DNA of 64,000 nucleotides, from NCBI RefSeq assembly GCF_018350175.1, contig NC_058381.1, forward strand, positions 57,908,001 to 57,972,000, read 5' to 3'. Position 1 is the first letter of the stretch; every line of letters begins with the position of its first letter. This document shows positions 10,521 to 24,000 of this stretch, piece after piece. The translations under genes and the position numbers were made by a program. Source of the stretch: Felis catus (lineage: Eukaryota). The notes below the pieces were generated by a model that made no database searches, was not told where the DNA came from, and saw nothing but the letters and a program-made list of their open reading frames with translations.

Positions 10521-13065
10521 CTGGCGGTGGGAGGAGCTTGGGGCAGCTCCAGGACAGGTGGCCGCCGTGCTGGGACTCTCTGCTGGGGGAATTCATCCGG
10601 CAGGGGCTTTCCCAAGCCACGTTGGGTAATGGGGTCTCCCCTCCACTCGGAGAGCAAGTCACGTGCCTGCTTCCCCACCCAAGATCAGGTGACCCCAGGA
10701 TGTACCCTTCCCAGGGAGGGTAGGGCATCCCTCCAGCACCAGATTACTGGGGGTAAGGGGGTTGGAGGGGGGCGGGGCACAGGATTTTGGACAACCAGCG
10801 CCTGGAGCTGGACAAGGTGTTAGTGTGGGCAGGCAGAGGGCTGGGACTAAGTGCCCTCACCATGCCTGCCTGGGGCTGGAGCCTTCTGAGGTGCCCTGGT
10901 GGCACCCATGCCCCCTCCCTGCCTGACCGTGGGGTCTGATCCAAGGAGCAGATGCCCCGTGTGTCGGGACAGCTGTGCCAGGAGTCGGGGCTGGCACACG
11001 GCTCCCAGCATCAGGGAGTTCCGGCTTCATCCCCAGCTGGGGGTGGGGCTTGTGACTGCCAGCTCCAGAGTCTATTCAGAGGGCCTTGTCCGGGCAGGGC
11101 AAGGGAGAGGCCTGTGCCTGTCCTAGTGGGAGCCAGGTGTCCAGACCGTCCCGCATCTGCTGACATGGGGTGGGGATGGGTGGTGGCCTTGACGTCTGGG
11201 GAGGAGAGGAGGCCACATGAGGCTGTTCCCAAGGGCCTAGAGCCCCTCCCAGAGTTCTGGCTGGTGAACCCCCTTCCACCCCGGCCCAGGACCTCCAGGG
11301 TTCTGAGTGCAGAACTGTATCCACAGGCCTGCCAATCAGACTAGCCTGGGGGGCCCTCAGAGGGGAGGGTCAGGATGTCAAAGAGGCCAGGAGTCCTTGT
11401 AGGAAGAAAGCTGGCCAAACTGGGGTGGGGGGGTGGGGGGAGCAGCCTGGAGCAGGAAAGAGTGGGAGGGGGCTCCAAGAAGTGGGAGTCTGGGGACACG
11501 GGTTCCAGCTCAGGGCACACTGGTGCGGCTTTCCTGAGAGGTGGGGGGGGGGGGTGTCTTTCATCACCCAGGTTTTGGGGCAGAGGTTGGGCTCTGCAGA
11601 GGTGATTCAAGCAGAAGGTGATCTGGGGGTGACTCCAGGCCTGGGTTTCTGTAACTTTGTGGCCCATCTCCTACGGAACCACGATGGTCCTTCCCGGCAG
11701 GCAGCCGGGGTGGGGATCTCCCTCCCAGGAGATCCCCGTCTGTTCCCCACCAGCCCCTGGTCCAAGAATCTCCCGCCGTGCCCCCGGTGATGGCGACTGT
11801 GCTGGCACCTGCAGGTGGCCCGGGAGCACGGAGAAGTGGGGACTGTGCACCAGCCAGAAGCAACTTGCTTACGAGCTCAGTCCCCAAGTTCAGAGGGGGC
11901 CCTGGTGCCTGCCGTCCCAAAGGGGAACAGCTGCAGTGGGGGGGCCCAGGGTCCCTCTCACGTGTGCCCGCCGTGGGGCTTGTCTGGCGACCGCTCAGCC
12001 CTTCCCCACCTGTCCCCTCAGGTCTTTGCGTTGATCGTGTTCTCGTGCATTTTCGGCGAGGGCTACAGCAACACCCACCAGTCCAAACAGAAATACTGCG
12101 TGTTCAACCACAACGAGGACGCGTGCGGCTACGGCAGCGCCATTGGGGTGCTAGCCTTCCTGGCCTCGGCCGCCTTCCTAGTGGTTGACGCCTATTTCCC
12201 CCAGATCAGCAACGCCACTGACCGCAAATACCTGGTCATCAGCGACCTGCTCTTCTCAGGTACCTTCCAGCGGGACCCCCCAGTTGACTTGGGAGAGGTG
12301 AATAGGAGTGTTCCTAAGAGGGTTCTGGGATGGCAGGGCCTCGGCAACCTCAGGGGGAACCGAGGGCAGCCCCTACCCAAGCAGACAGGCTTGCACACAG
12401 GGATTTCTGTGAGTCTGCTTAAGCCCACCAGCGTTGAGTGACAATCACGGGACCTTCGAGCCAGGCACCCAGGTCGCCACCCTGGCTTCTGCATCAGTGC
12501 CCTTCACACTCCTGGAGGCTTCTGGGAGATCCCTGCCACAGGGCCTCGCCATCGCCGCCCCCGCAGGGGGCCCCTCCTGGGTCCCCAGACCGCCCCTGCC
12601 TCCATGGAAGTGACCTTGCCCTTCCGGCCTTCTTCCCAGCTTTCTGGACTTTCCTGTGGTTCGTTGGTTTCTGCTTCCTCACCAACCAGTGGGTGGCCAC
12701 CAAGGCGGAAGACGTGCTAGTGGGGGCCGACTCGGCCCGGGCAGCCATCACCTTCAGCTTCTTCTCCATCTTCTCCTGGGTAGGTGGGCCGGGGCGGGCA
12801 GGGGTGCAGTGTCTTTGGAGAAGGGTGGCGGAAGGCTGAGGAACCCAAACCTCGGGGCTCCCTGCAGGGCGTGCTGGCCTCCCTGGCCTACCAGCGCTAC
12901 AAGGCCGGCGTGGACGACTTCATCCAGAACTACGTGGACCCCACTCCAGACCCCGGCACCGCCTACGCCTCCTACCCTGGTGCGTCTGTGGACAACTACC
13001 AACAACCGCCCTTCACCCAGAACGCTGAGACCACGGAGGGCTACCAGCCGCCCCCTGTGTACTGA
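10113..13065 (+). CDS. SYNGR2: Synaptogyrin-2 (MARVEL domain), 224 aa; join(10113-10211,12022-12259,12640-12779,12868-13065)
   Basis: MESGAYGAAKAGGSFDL..., VFALIVFSCIFGEGY, FWTFLWFVGFCFLTNQW, C-terminus EGYQPPPVY*. All introns are GT-AG and exon lengths 99+238+140+198=675. Confidence 0.98.
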
Positions 13066-13907
13066 GCTGCGGCCGGAACGGTCAGGGGAGCAGAGAGGGC
13101 GCTCGGGGGCCTTCGCTCTATGCTGGACTCCTCCCGTGAGCTTCGCCTCCTGGAGCTGCGGCCCCCTCACCCTGCCGGGTGCCCGTCGGAGCCGCGCATG
13201 GCCTGGAGAGCCCCCGCTTCCCCTGCCCTGGCTGCCGGGCTCCCTCTAGCAAGGGCTTCGCCCACCCACTCCTCAAGGGCATTTTTTGGAAAAGGGTTTT
13301 TAGCCAGATGTGTTTTGTCATTGCTTTTAATGATCCCCAACCCCAGTTGGAATAGCTAGAAGTGCCCGACACGCTTTTTGACAAGTGCCTTAGCTTCTCC
13401 CCAGCCCAAAGGAGCCGGGCCCAGGTCCAGGACCTGGGCCCTGGTGGCCACAGTTACTCGGGGTTCTGTGCCAAAGAGGAGACTGTGGGGCCAGGGCCCC
13501 CTTTCCTGCTCACTCAGGTTTGTTCCCCACCTCCTGGCGCTGCTGTGTCCCCAGCCTCCTGCCTGCCCTGGGAGCCAGCAGCCCCGTGCTCACTGCTGTA
13601 GCATCTGCTTGCTCTTGGATCTAGGGTCATCGCCCCATGCCAGTGCCTCCGGACTGCCTGCCTGCCTGCCGGCCGTGGCGCTGGATGCCCACCCCAGGGG
13701 GCACCGGGAGGCATTCCCTCCGCCTTGCTCCCAGCCCTTGGCAACCGGGAGGGGCTTTGCCTGCCGGAAAACACCCAGCTTTATGTAAATACTCTGCCAC
13801 TGTGAGGTGTGGGGTGTATCCGCAGCCCCTGGGCTGTTCTGAATGTATTAAAAAGCCTTGGGGGTAAGATGCAGACCCTTGGTTCTGTTAGACTGATTTG
13901 AAGACGG

Positions 13908-13913
13908 AATAAA
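13908..13913 (+). terminator. SYNGR2 polyadenylation signal AATAAA (variant ATTAAA at 13847-13852)
   Basis: AATAAA ~840 nt after the stop, followed by T-rich sequence. Confidence 0.75.
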
Positions 13914-15034
13914 TGTTTTTCTCGTTCATAATCTCCAGGGTCATCAGTTGGGCCTCAGCCCAGGGGTTGGAGAGAGATTCCACTCTGGGGTGCACCCTGG
14001 GAGGGGGCTGCTTTATGAACTTGCATTTTGAAGTCACGGCAGTGTGCCCCTCCAGCACGCCCAGCGCGCGCACGCACTTGTCTGGGGTCTCATTCCTCAC
14101 ACTGCCGTCCAACAGCATCTTAAAATAGCAACTGTGCTCAGCTTGTAAACAAGACAGTCTTTCTGGACTGCCTTGCCAGGGCCCTGCTGTGCCCTTGCTG
14201 GAGTTGGGGTGGGGGCCCCTGGGAGTGGACCCTGCGCGGTAACCCTTTCCTTCCCAACCCTCTTAGCAGAGTGCGGAGTGATCCAGCAGGGCCCAGAGGC
14301 CTCCACTTCTAGCAGACAGGGGTCCACACGTCTGGAGCCCGTTCCGGGATGGCCCACCCTGAGGGAGTGAGCCCATCTCTAGCAGGAAAGGCCAGGGCCC
14401 CTGAAGCACCTCACTTCCCTTTTGGAGCAGAGACAGCAAGAACTGTCAAAAGTGGGCCTGTTAGTTTCAAAATCGAGTAGACACTCATAGGGTTCTGCAA
14501 ATGCCTCACTGTAATTCGGGACCAGTCACTAGCAAGCCGGAATAGAGCAAAGGGGAGAGGCAAGCCAGGGCGAGGAGGCCACCCCAGAACCCCCATCCCA
14601 TCCCCACTGGTGGGTACACCCAACCCCAGAAGGTTCTGGCCTCCATGCAAGCCACTGACGGCCCATGTTACAAGGTACAGCTGAGCTAGTCTTCTGGGCT
14701 CCTGAACTATCAAGTGTCTGTTTCACAAACAAAACCTGACCCCACAGCCCCAGCGGGCAGCCCCGAGTATAGCCTTGTCTTTCCATCCCGGGCCCCAGCC
14801 TCCTCCTTCCACCCATTTTGTCCTAAACCTGTCCAGACAGGAGAGCAAGCAAATGTGCCTCTTGGGACGCGCTTCGCGGCGCTTCTCAAAGTGTTGTGGC
14901 TAAGAGACCAGCAGGTAGTGCTAAAAAAGATCTGGAAAGAAATCCCCACCCATGGTCCCATCAGAGCTGTCCACAGGGAGACCCAGGGCATCCCAGACTG
15001 TTAAAGACACATGTGCTCCCACCAACCAGTAAAT

Positions 15035-15040
15035 TTTAAT
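15035..15040 (-). terminator. TK1 polyadenylation signal (ATTAAA)
   Basis: tttaat on + inside an AT-rich patch ~700 nt past the TK1 stop; convergent with the SYNGR2 3' end ~1.1 kb away. Confidence 0.55.
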
Positions 15041-15688
15041 ATTAGTTATTAATTTCACACACAACAGAATCAGAGACCCTGTCCCCAGCTACCTTTGCCC
15101 CTACCCACCCTACCCCCCCCCCCTTAAAAGATAAGCCCCTGGGATCTGGGCCCCACTAGGGTAAGTGTCCCCCGTGTGAGAGAAGCTGTAATTCTGGAGA
15201 AAATGACCACCAGAGAGAGGGAAGAGCTTTTAGCCCAAAGGGAAGCCAGAAGGCACAAGTCCAGCCACCCCGAGGGACCAGGAGCCCTTTCCAGGCCAAC
15301 AGAAATTTTTGCGTGGGATGACACTGTGCTGAGCCGGAGCAACTGGGGAACGGACTTCCCAGCGAGAACAGAAACTCAACAGTGAAAGCCACAAGGGGGA
15401 AGAAGCGGCCAGCGGTAGTGTCGCCAGTGTGTGGCTCGGCCCCTCACCCCACGGGAGGAGGGGGCGGGTGTCCGCGGTGGGTGGCCAGACCCTGAGCTCA
15501 GGAGTGGATCCGCAGCGGGGAAGGGAACCAAGAAAGCGCCGGCGGGCAGGAAAGGGGAAACGGAACGTGCAGACCACCAGCCCGGGAAAAGCGCACCGCC
15601 GAAAGTTCCGTCCCCGCACCCCACCCCCCTCCACTTCCTCTTCTGGAAAGGCTGCGCCGCACGAGGGCGGGGGCAGTCCTGCAAGCAT

Positions 15689-15704
15689 CCGCCAGGGGGC
15701 GGCA
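15689..15704 (+). promoter_or_regulatory. CTCF motif (candidate) in TK1 3'UTR
   Basis: CCGCCAGGGGGCGGCA matches the CTCF consensus. Confidence 0.5.
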
Positions 15705-15741
15705 GCGGGAAGGGAGCGGGCGCTCCCCAGGCGCCCACACC

Positions 15742-17991
15742 TCAGTTGGCCGAGCTGCACTGCAGGATCTGATGCGGAGCAAACAGCTTGCGGGCCCCCG
15801 AGGCCTCTCCTGGCTTCCCCAGCAGCGGGCAGTTCTCCTTATTCTCCTTGCCGTCCGGCCCGGCGGGCAGACCCGAGGCCTTCTTGAAGTAGCACAGGCG
15901 GCACACGGAGTGGTATTTGTCTGCGCCCCCGATCACCTCGACCTGGCCGCGGGGATGCAAAGAGCCATAGGCTGAGGCGGGGCGGGGCGCCTCCGGGCCA
16001 CCCTCCCCCCTCCACCCCTGGGGAAGGCAGGTGGCGGCTACCTCCTTCTCCGCGCCCAGCCTCTTGGTATAGGCGGCTTCGCGGAAGCACTCCATGCACA
16101 CCGCCGTCAGCTTCACAACACTCTCCGCCAGGGGCACCAGGTTCAGGATGGTCCCGAAGGCCTACGTTCCGGGGGAGAGACAGCCTCTGGGCGCATCCAC
16201 CTGGCCAGGCGGGTCTTTCCTTGCAACCCCTTGACTCACAAGCACGGACACAGGGGCACTTTGCCTTGACCTTGCTTTCCCCAGAGTGCTGTCCCCTGCA
16301 ACACCCCCAGCACCCAGACTGGGATGGACTCGCTCCCAGGCAAACCCCGGGGGGCCTGGGTCCCGCTCACCTGAGTGCCAGGCTCAGCCTGAGCCGCTCA
16401 GAGTGCCCCCCAAGGGCTAAGCCCCAGTCAGTCAGGTGGCATCGCGCTGAGAGCAAAGGCTAGCTGGGCTGTCCCTGCTCCTCCCCGGGCCCCCTTCTCC
16501 CTCCAGACCCCTTCCCAAGACCTGGATCAGACGACTCACCTTCCTCTGGAAGGTCCCATCCAGTGCAGCCACAATCACGGTCTTCCCGGCGTTGGCCATA
16601 GTCTCGCTGAACTCCACGATGTCTGGGAACTGGGAGGGGGCGGAAGGGGGACGACAGTGGGTTTCCACCCCAAGCAGCTTGCAGCAGCCACGGAGAGACA
16701 GTGCCACCGGTCAGCGTGGAGCATGAGAACAGGGCGACCCCAACGGTCCCGCCAGTGCCCCGAGGAGCAGACCCGCGTTCCTGCGGTTGCCCCACTGCAC
16801 ACAGCCATGTGCACCCACAACCACCCATGCCGCCTCACCAGCCACCGGGACAGAATAGGGACAGAATAGGTCGGCTCCAGGCCCCAGCACAGCACCACAG
16901 ACCTGTCGCCAGGTGATGTGGCCCCCCTGGAGGCGGTCTAAAACCGCGGTGGCCAAAAGCTCAGGCCAGAGGGCTGCCTGCCTTGAACCCTGCTCTGGTG
17001 GGACGCGTGTGCTTGGTGACCTTGGCAAGGACTTCACATTTCTGAACCTTAGAAATGGCAGGGACCGCCCTCGGTGTTGTTTAAGGATCGGAGGCACTCA
17101 TATAGGGAATAATGTGCCATCTGATGCCTTGAGAAGGGCTCGGGGTTCCACTGGCCATTGACGGAGCAGGACGCCACAGCGGGCCCCGCGTGTACTTGGT
17201 AAACCAACTGTGATTTTAAGTGGCCCAGGGTGAGGTCGCAACTTCTGCAGATGCTCGGGCGAGCTGTCCCCGGTCAATCCCACTGCCTTCGGCTGATTGT
17301 GTTAGTCTATCTGGATTGGTCTTCGGGCTGTGAGAACGCGCACGTGCTTGTCTTTGGGCAGCGGGGTCTCTCTCCAAGCCATCAGGCCTGACTTGGCGCA
17401 TTTATCGAGGTGCAAGGTTACCGAGCCCTGGACAGTTGGCAAGACAGGTCCCGTGAAGGTGGCTAGAAAAATCACGAGCAATTCAAGTACGATTCGGCCC
17501 AAGAAGCCAGCCGTGACTCCCCTCTGTGGGGCTGGCCAGTCCCGAGCTACAGAAACACCCACGACTCCTGCACCGTCACGCACGTGTCCCCACTCCGTCA
17601 CAGGTGACAGAAATGCAGCTCCCAGCCTGCAAGGAGCTCTCAGCCAGTAGACGCCTCCCTCCCTAAGTTGTCGGAGAGAGGCCGGGCACACCCTTCCCCT
17701 CGGGGCCCTGAGAGGGAAAGGAGCCTGCCCACTCCCTGATGTCGGGTTTTCTGCCACCAGAATTGGGAAAATCAATTCCTGCTGTTTGAGCTGCCTGGTC
17801 TGTGGTACCTGTTAGGGCAGCCCTAGGAAAATATTACAGTTACACTTAAAGTAGAACCTCGGGGTGCCTGGGGGGCTCAGTCTATGGAGCATCGGACCCT
17901 TGGTTTTGGCTCAGGTCATGATCTCCCCGTCTCGTGAGTTCGAGCCCCACATCGGGCTCCAAGCTGGAAAGGTGGAACATGCTTAGGATCC

Positions 17992-18034
<43 letters not shown>

Positions 18035-21000
18035 TCCTCTCCCACCCGTGCTATCTCTCTCTCTCTCTCTCTCAAAATAAACAACCTCAAAAGAAAAATA
18101 CTTTAACACAGAACCTCAAAGTACTTAGTTAATTTCAGGTTTTCTTGGTAGACAAAAATAATCACGAGACCCACAGAGGAAAGTACCGGGAGGTCTCTCG
18201 CTGGGGACGAGCTTGCCCACCCGAGTCCAGCGGCCCGTTCTACGCCTCCGGGCGACCTGCAAGGAGCCACTTCCCAAACGAGTTCTCATGAAGGGGAAAG
18301 AACCCAAAGAAGAGATTAGGAAGCCTACGAGTGGATTTTCACCACTGCTGTCTTCCTGCCAAGAGCCGGCTCGCTCGAGATGTGCAGCCCAATGACCCCT
18401 GGCCCTGCCCCAGCCCAGGCCTCTGCTTCCTGGCAGACGGGCCGGCCTTGAAGGGGCAGAGGCCACAGAAGCCAGGGATAAAGGACGTGACAAAGCAAAA
18501 CGTTTGGCCATGAGTGGTAAAACATGAAACGGAATGCCACGGACAGATCTCCGGGGCACATAAACAGGGAAGAAAGAAGCAGACCATGTGACAAAGTGGC
18601 ATCGGCCACTTCAGGTCCACCGGAGAAGGGAGAAACCAAGAGAAAAATGAGTGGAAGCCCTTCAAAGGCCATTGGAAAAAGGAGAAATAAATACAAGTGG
18701 CCCGTAAACATGGACACAGACATCAGAGAGCGGCGATGAGACAAACTTTCACTGGGGTGTGTGTTCGTGCGTGTGCGTGTGTGTGTGCGCACATGCGTGC
18801 AAGCTCTGCCACCTGCCCCTTACTCCTCCCCTCTCTCCTGGGGATTTCTGCAGAGGCCCAGTGGTCACACTGTCCTGTCATCCGCTCTCCGTCAGCGGGG
18901 CCGCCCTTTGGCGGGCTCTGCCCAGGCTAATTCCCGAGTCTTCTCCGCTAGCCTGCCCAGAGCCACCTGCCTCCATCCTGCCCCTGGACACACCCAGCCG
19001 GCCAGCAGCTCACTCCCTGGCTCTCCCTCAGACCCCTCTCTGACCACCTCACCGTAGCTCTGTCCCCTTCACATTGTCCGTCTGTCCAGTTGTCCCCACC
19101 TGACCTAGGACATCGTTCTCTCCCTAGAAAGGAGAGACTAGACTAGGGACTAGAAAGGATGCTCAAGGGGGGGAGACTCTGGCTGTACCCCCCCCCCAAC
19201 ACCAAGAACACTGCTGGCATGGGGCACAAGCCCAGAAAATACTTAGGAATGAATGAATGAATGAATATTGCACATTTGCTGACATGGGTAAATGGTCAAC
19301 CATGCGATAGAAGCCCACTCTATTTACTTATTTATTATTTACGAATAATTTATCATCAAGTTAGCTAAATACAGGGTCGTCTTGGCTTCGGGAGATTCCC
19401 GCGATCCGTCGCGAACATCCAACACCCGATGGAGCTCGCGCTATTTAAAAATACACATCTAGGGGCGCCTGGGTGGCGCAGTCGGTTAAGCGTCCGACTT
19501 CAGCCAGGTCACGATCTCGCGGTCCGTGAGTTCCAGCCCCGCGTCGGGCTCTGGGCTGATGGCTCGGAGCCTGGAGCCTGCTTCCGATGCTGTGTCTCCC
19601 TCTCTCTCTGCCCCTCCCCCGTTCATGCTCTGTCTCTCTCTGTCCCAAAAATAAATAAACGTTGAAAAAAAAAATTAAAAAATAAATAAATAAAATAAAT
19701 AAATAAATAAAAATACACATCTAGAAAGACTAGATGGCTGCCGACCAACACGCAATGAGTTTTTGTTTGCTTTTCTGGGCTGCAAAAAGAGAAAAGCAGC
19801 CCCCACAGCAGGAGCTGGCCTGGCGTTGGCAGCTGGGCCCCGGCGGTGCCACGTAGAGCGAAATTCATTTCACGGAACATTCGCATCCGGCAAGGCCACT
19901 CCTCGACTGGGATGGGTCAAGAGGAAACCAAGACCCTCCGTAATCCTGTCTGAGCACAGAGACAGACGTGAACACTGTCCAGGCTACGGAGGACCACACG
20001 TTCCCCCTTCCTGCCCAGGAGGAGTGACCACTGCTGCTTTACCGACTCGGCCTCCGCCTCCTGGTCCCCCCTCCTCCCTAGGGGGAAGGTTGAGGAGGCC
20101 GGTCAGTTACTCCCTTCCCGAGGGCACAGAATCGAGAGCCAGGCCAGCCTCTTAGAAGCCTCCCCAAAATGATCCCCCACAAGCCCTCTCCGGCTCCCTC
20201 CGTGAGAGGTCCCTGGTTCCCACGCTGTGGGTTCTCCCTGCAACAATCAATACCCACTCACCAAACACACACACAGAAGAATTTCAGGGCACAGAGGTAG
20301 AATAAATAGGCAGTACAGGGGACCCTCCACCTTCGCCCAATTCCTGTGTCAGGACGCGCCCACCCAGGGAAATTGTAGAAGCCGTGTCGGCAGACCTCCC
20401 CATCACTGACTCACGATAAAGTTCTATGTTATTCAGCTGCTGAGATTTGGGGCCTGATTGTTACAGCAGCTCACGTCACCCTCACGAGTGCACTGGGTGG
20501 AGACAGACGCACTCAGAACTCTCCGGGGGGCTGAAGTGAGCCCTGTGGGGAGAGAGTTACAGTTTCATTCATTCCAGACGAACTCGCGGAAACAAAAACT
20601 CCCAAAGCACACGAAAGACGAAAGACGCCAAGACTACGAAAGACAACCTGCAGGCTCACCCAGAGAGTGCACTCCAGAAGAAAGGGGAAGAGTGAGCCGG
20701 AAAAGCCTTTAACACAAGATTCTCGGAAAGACAAGGAAAGGGACAACAGCCGCCACACAAACAAAAAACGGTAAATTCGCAAACAAAAATGAAGATATGT
20801 GAATTAGAGCAGGAGCTACACAAAGAGAACTAACCAGAAATCCCAGAAACGAATAGAGTCTTTGAGGGGCGCCTGGTGGCTCAGTCAGTTGGGCGTCGGA
20901 CTTCGGCTCAGGTCGTGATCTCACAGTTTGTGAGTTCGAGCCCCGTGTTGGGCTCGGTGCTGACAGCTCAGAGCCTGGAGTCCGCTTGGGATTCTCTGCC

Positions 21001-24000
21001 TCCCTCTCTCTCTGCCCTTCCCCCACTCGTGTTCTGTCTTGCTCTCTCTCAAAAATAAGCAAACATTGGGGCGCCTGGGTGGCTCAGCTGGTTGAGCATT
21101 GGACTTCGGCTCAGGTCATGATCTCACGGTTCGTGAGTTCGAGCCCCACATCGGGCTCTGTGCTGACAAGCTCAGAGCCTGGAGCCTACTTTGGATTCTG
21201 TGTCTCCCTCTCTCTCTCTACCCCTCCCCCGTTCACACACTCTCTCTCTGCCTCTCAAAAATAAAGAAACGTGGGGCGCCTGGGTGGCGCAGTCGGTTAA
21301 GCGTCCGACTTCAGCCAGGTCACGATCTCACGGTCCGTGAGTTCGAGCCCTGCGTCGGGCTCTGGGCTGATGGCTCAGAGCCTGGAGCCTGTTTCCGATT
21401 CTGTGTCTCCCTCTCTCTCTGCCCCTCGCCTGTTCATGCTCTGTCTCTCTCTCTGTCCCAAAAATAAATAAACGTTGAAAAAAAATTTTTTTTTAAATAA
21501 AGAAACGTAATAAAAAACTGAAAAAAAAAAAACAGGCAAACATTAAAAAAAAAAAACTGAAAAAAAAAAAAAAGATCAGAAATAGAACGAATACCTTCCA
21601 AGTCAGCAGAGGACAAGGGGGGGACAGATAGGGAGTCTGTAGGCAGAATGCCAGGACAAACCAACTTACAAACTGCCCTTCGTCGATGCCTATGACAGCC
21701 ACGCCTAGGGCCTCCTGGGCCACATCCCGGAGCAGGCAGGCTGGCAGTGCCTCCATGGTGTTTCTGGGGAGAGAAAGCCAGGGCGTGAGCAAGGCAAGGG
21801 AGTGGGGGCCTGAACGCAGGGGCCGGGGAACAGCTCTCGTGACCGCCCTACCCGCAAATCACGCAGCACTGTCTGGCTGGAGCGTGAAGTTAGCGCCTGT
21901 GGGAGGGCATCTGGGGAGAATAAAGGCCCATGCTCAGAAAACCAGTTATTCAACACAAGCTATTTCACTGGATGCTTTGGACTAGAAATTAGCAACATGA
22001 GATACAAAGCTTTACTGAGGCTCAAAAGCTCCTCCCCACTTTGGTTTAGTGGGCCGGGGCAGACGAAAGGCTTTAATTTGTTTTAAAAATGAGAAAAGGA
22101 ATAAGTAACTATAACTCAGCCTGCATTACAGATGTCTTTAGATCAATGCAGTCACAAACTAGAATTTTTTACTTCTTTTTACGGCGGAAGGGGCCCATGA
22201 AAGGCAAAAGTGCCCAGGGAAGTCCAACGTGGCCCTGGGCCAAACATTAGCACCAGACTCGGAGCCCTGTGTATCCTGGCAGAGATAAGTCCGGAACCCC
22301 AACCTTTAGCTCTCTAGAGTTCCCTCTATCTGGCTTTTCTGGAAGATTGAAGGGTTTCTCCAAGCTCACAGAGCTGTTAACCAGCAGAGCCAAGATTTAT
22401 ATCTAAGGTCCCACGGCTGCCTGGCGTGCCCTGCGGGGACAGTCATATCCAGAAGGGTTTGCAAGTGAAAGGTCACATGTGGGAATGTTCCAGGGCATTA
22501 GACCCCATCCTGCTCCCACACCCAGGGCCCTTTCTGAAGAGAAATGCCTTTCTCTGTCCTCTTAAATAGCGTCTCTGTTTTCCACAGTGTTGTTTTCCTT
22601 TGTCTTCACTTTAACTTAAACTAAAGCTCAGCTTTTGTTTACTTAACTAAACTAAAGCTCAGCAGTTTGTAGGTGTATTTAGAAAAACATAAAACACAAC
22701 CACTGCTTAGTTATTACCGTGCTATAATTCTACTCCAAGATCTGGGAAGAGCATAAAATGGTATTCCCTGCATTTTAAATTCCCCCTTTCATCCCCAAAT
22801 AGAGAAGACCAGAGGGCGGGCAAGGGAAGGGTGTGTGGAACTGTCACTCCTGCCAGGGGCTCAGTCCCAGCCGCTGCAGCCCGAGTTAGACAGCACCTGT
22901 GCTCAGACAGGCAGAGCTCAGATGTGACCCTGATCTGAGGGACTTCTCATCACTGCACAGTACTGCCTCCTGGTTTCACGGGCTTCCCTGGATGCTCCCC
23001 TGCCCAGTGCATGTTTTAAGGAGGAAGAAGCAGGGGCACCTGGGTGGCTCAGTCCGTTACGCGTCCCACTTCAGCTCCGGTCATGATCTCACAGTTCGTG
23101 GGTTCGAGTCCCACATTCGGCTCTGTGCTGACAGCTCGGAGCCTGGAGCCTGCTTCGGATTCTGTGTCCCCCCCTCTCTCTCTGCCCCTCCCCCACTCGT
23201 GCCCTGTCTTTCTCTCTCTGTCAAAAATAAATAAACATTTAAAAAAAAGGCAGGGAGAAAGAAGCAAACTGGAAGACATACGTGGCCTACATCAGACAGC
23301 ACGGCCAGGAAGCAATGGTCATGCAAATCCCGGCACTTAACTCCAAACCCCGGGCACTGTCCACCCCACCACCGGCCTGGCTTCAGAAAACCCCATGCTC
23401 CCACCCTGAAGCCACACATCAGGCGGTTCTGAGGCTGCAAGCCCCGCCTCCAGCTCAGGTGGACAAGTCCAAAGGGCAGAGACATGTCCCAGGCTCAGAA
23501 GTGTCAGGCCCCAATCTGCAGCAAGGAACAGGCCCGAGTAAGACTAAATGTAACCCTCCACCCCCCACCTCAGGTTGCAGACTGAAATGATCCCAAGGTG
23601 CAGGCAGATAAACATAGAAGGGGATATGCACAAAAGCCACAAGGCCACAGGGAATCAGCCCCAGGGCAGGGCAACTGAAAAGTTACATAAAAAGCCCCGT
23701 GCAGGCCCAACAAAACCAGTTTGCAACCGTGTAGTTGTAACCTCCAGAGCAGGGTTCCTCAGCCCGGGCATGGCACTGTTGATAATTGGGGCAGGATCAA
23801 CATTTGGGGGGGGGGGGGGCGGTGCCGCCCTGTGCATTGTGGGATGTTCAGCAGCATCTCTGGCCTCTAGCCACGGGACGCCAACAGCCACCCCTAGCCC
23901 GCTCCAGTTGTGAAAAATAAATACGTCCCCAGACATCGCCAAATGGACTTTGGGAAGGGGGGGAGGGGGTGCAAAATCTCCCCTGGTGAAGAAACCCGGG

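Noticed and set aside
9600-10823. Long overlapping ORFs (269-348 aa) on both strands at the SYNGR2 promoter
   Set aside because: Stop-poor CpG-island sequence giving low-complexity Gly/Pro/Arg translations; only 10113-10211 is coding.
17290-17520. CpG-containing stretch in TK1 intron 4 that looked like a structured RNA fragment
   Set aside because: No recognisable rRNA or snRNA motif; could not be assigned without a search and is probably an old repeat.
22611-22663. Short tandem duplications (also ~40908-40975, ~44920-44947, ~16848-16870)
   Set aside because: Ordinary two-copy slippage duplications with no spacer-array structure; not CRISPR-like.
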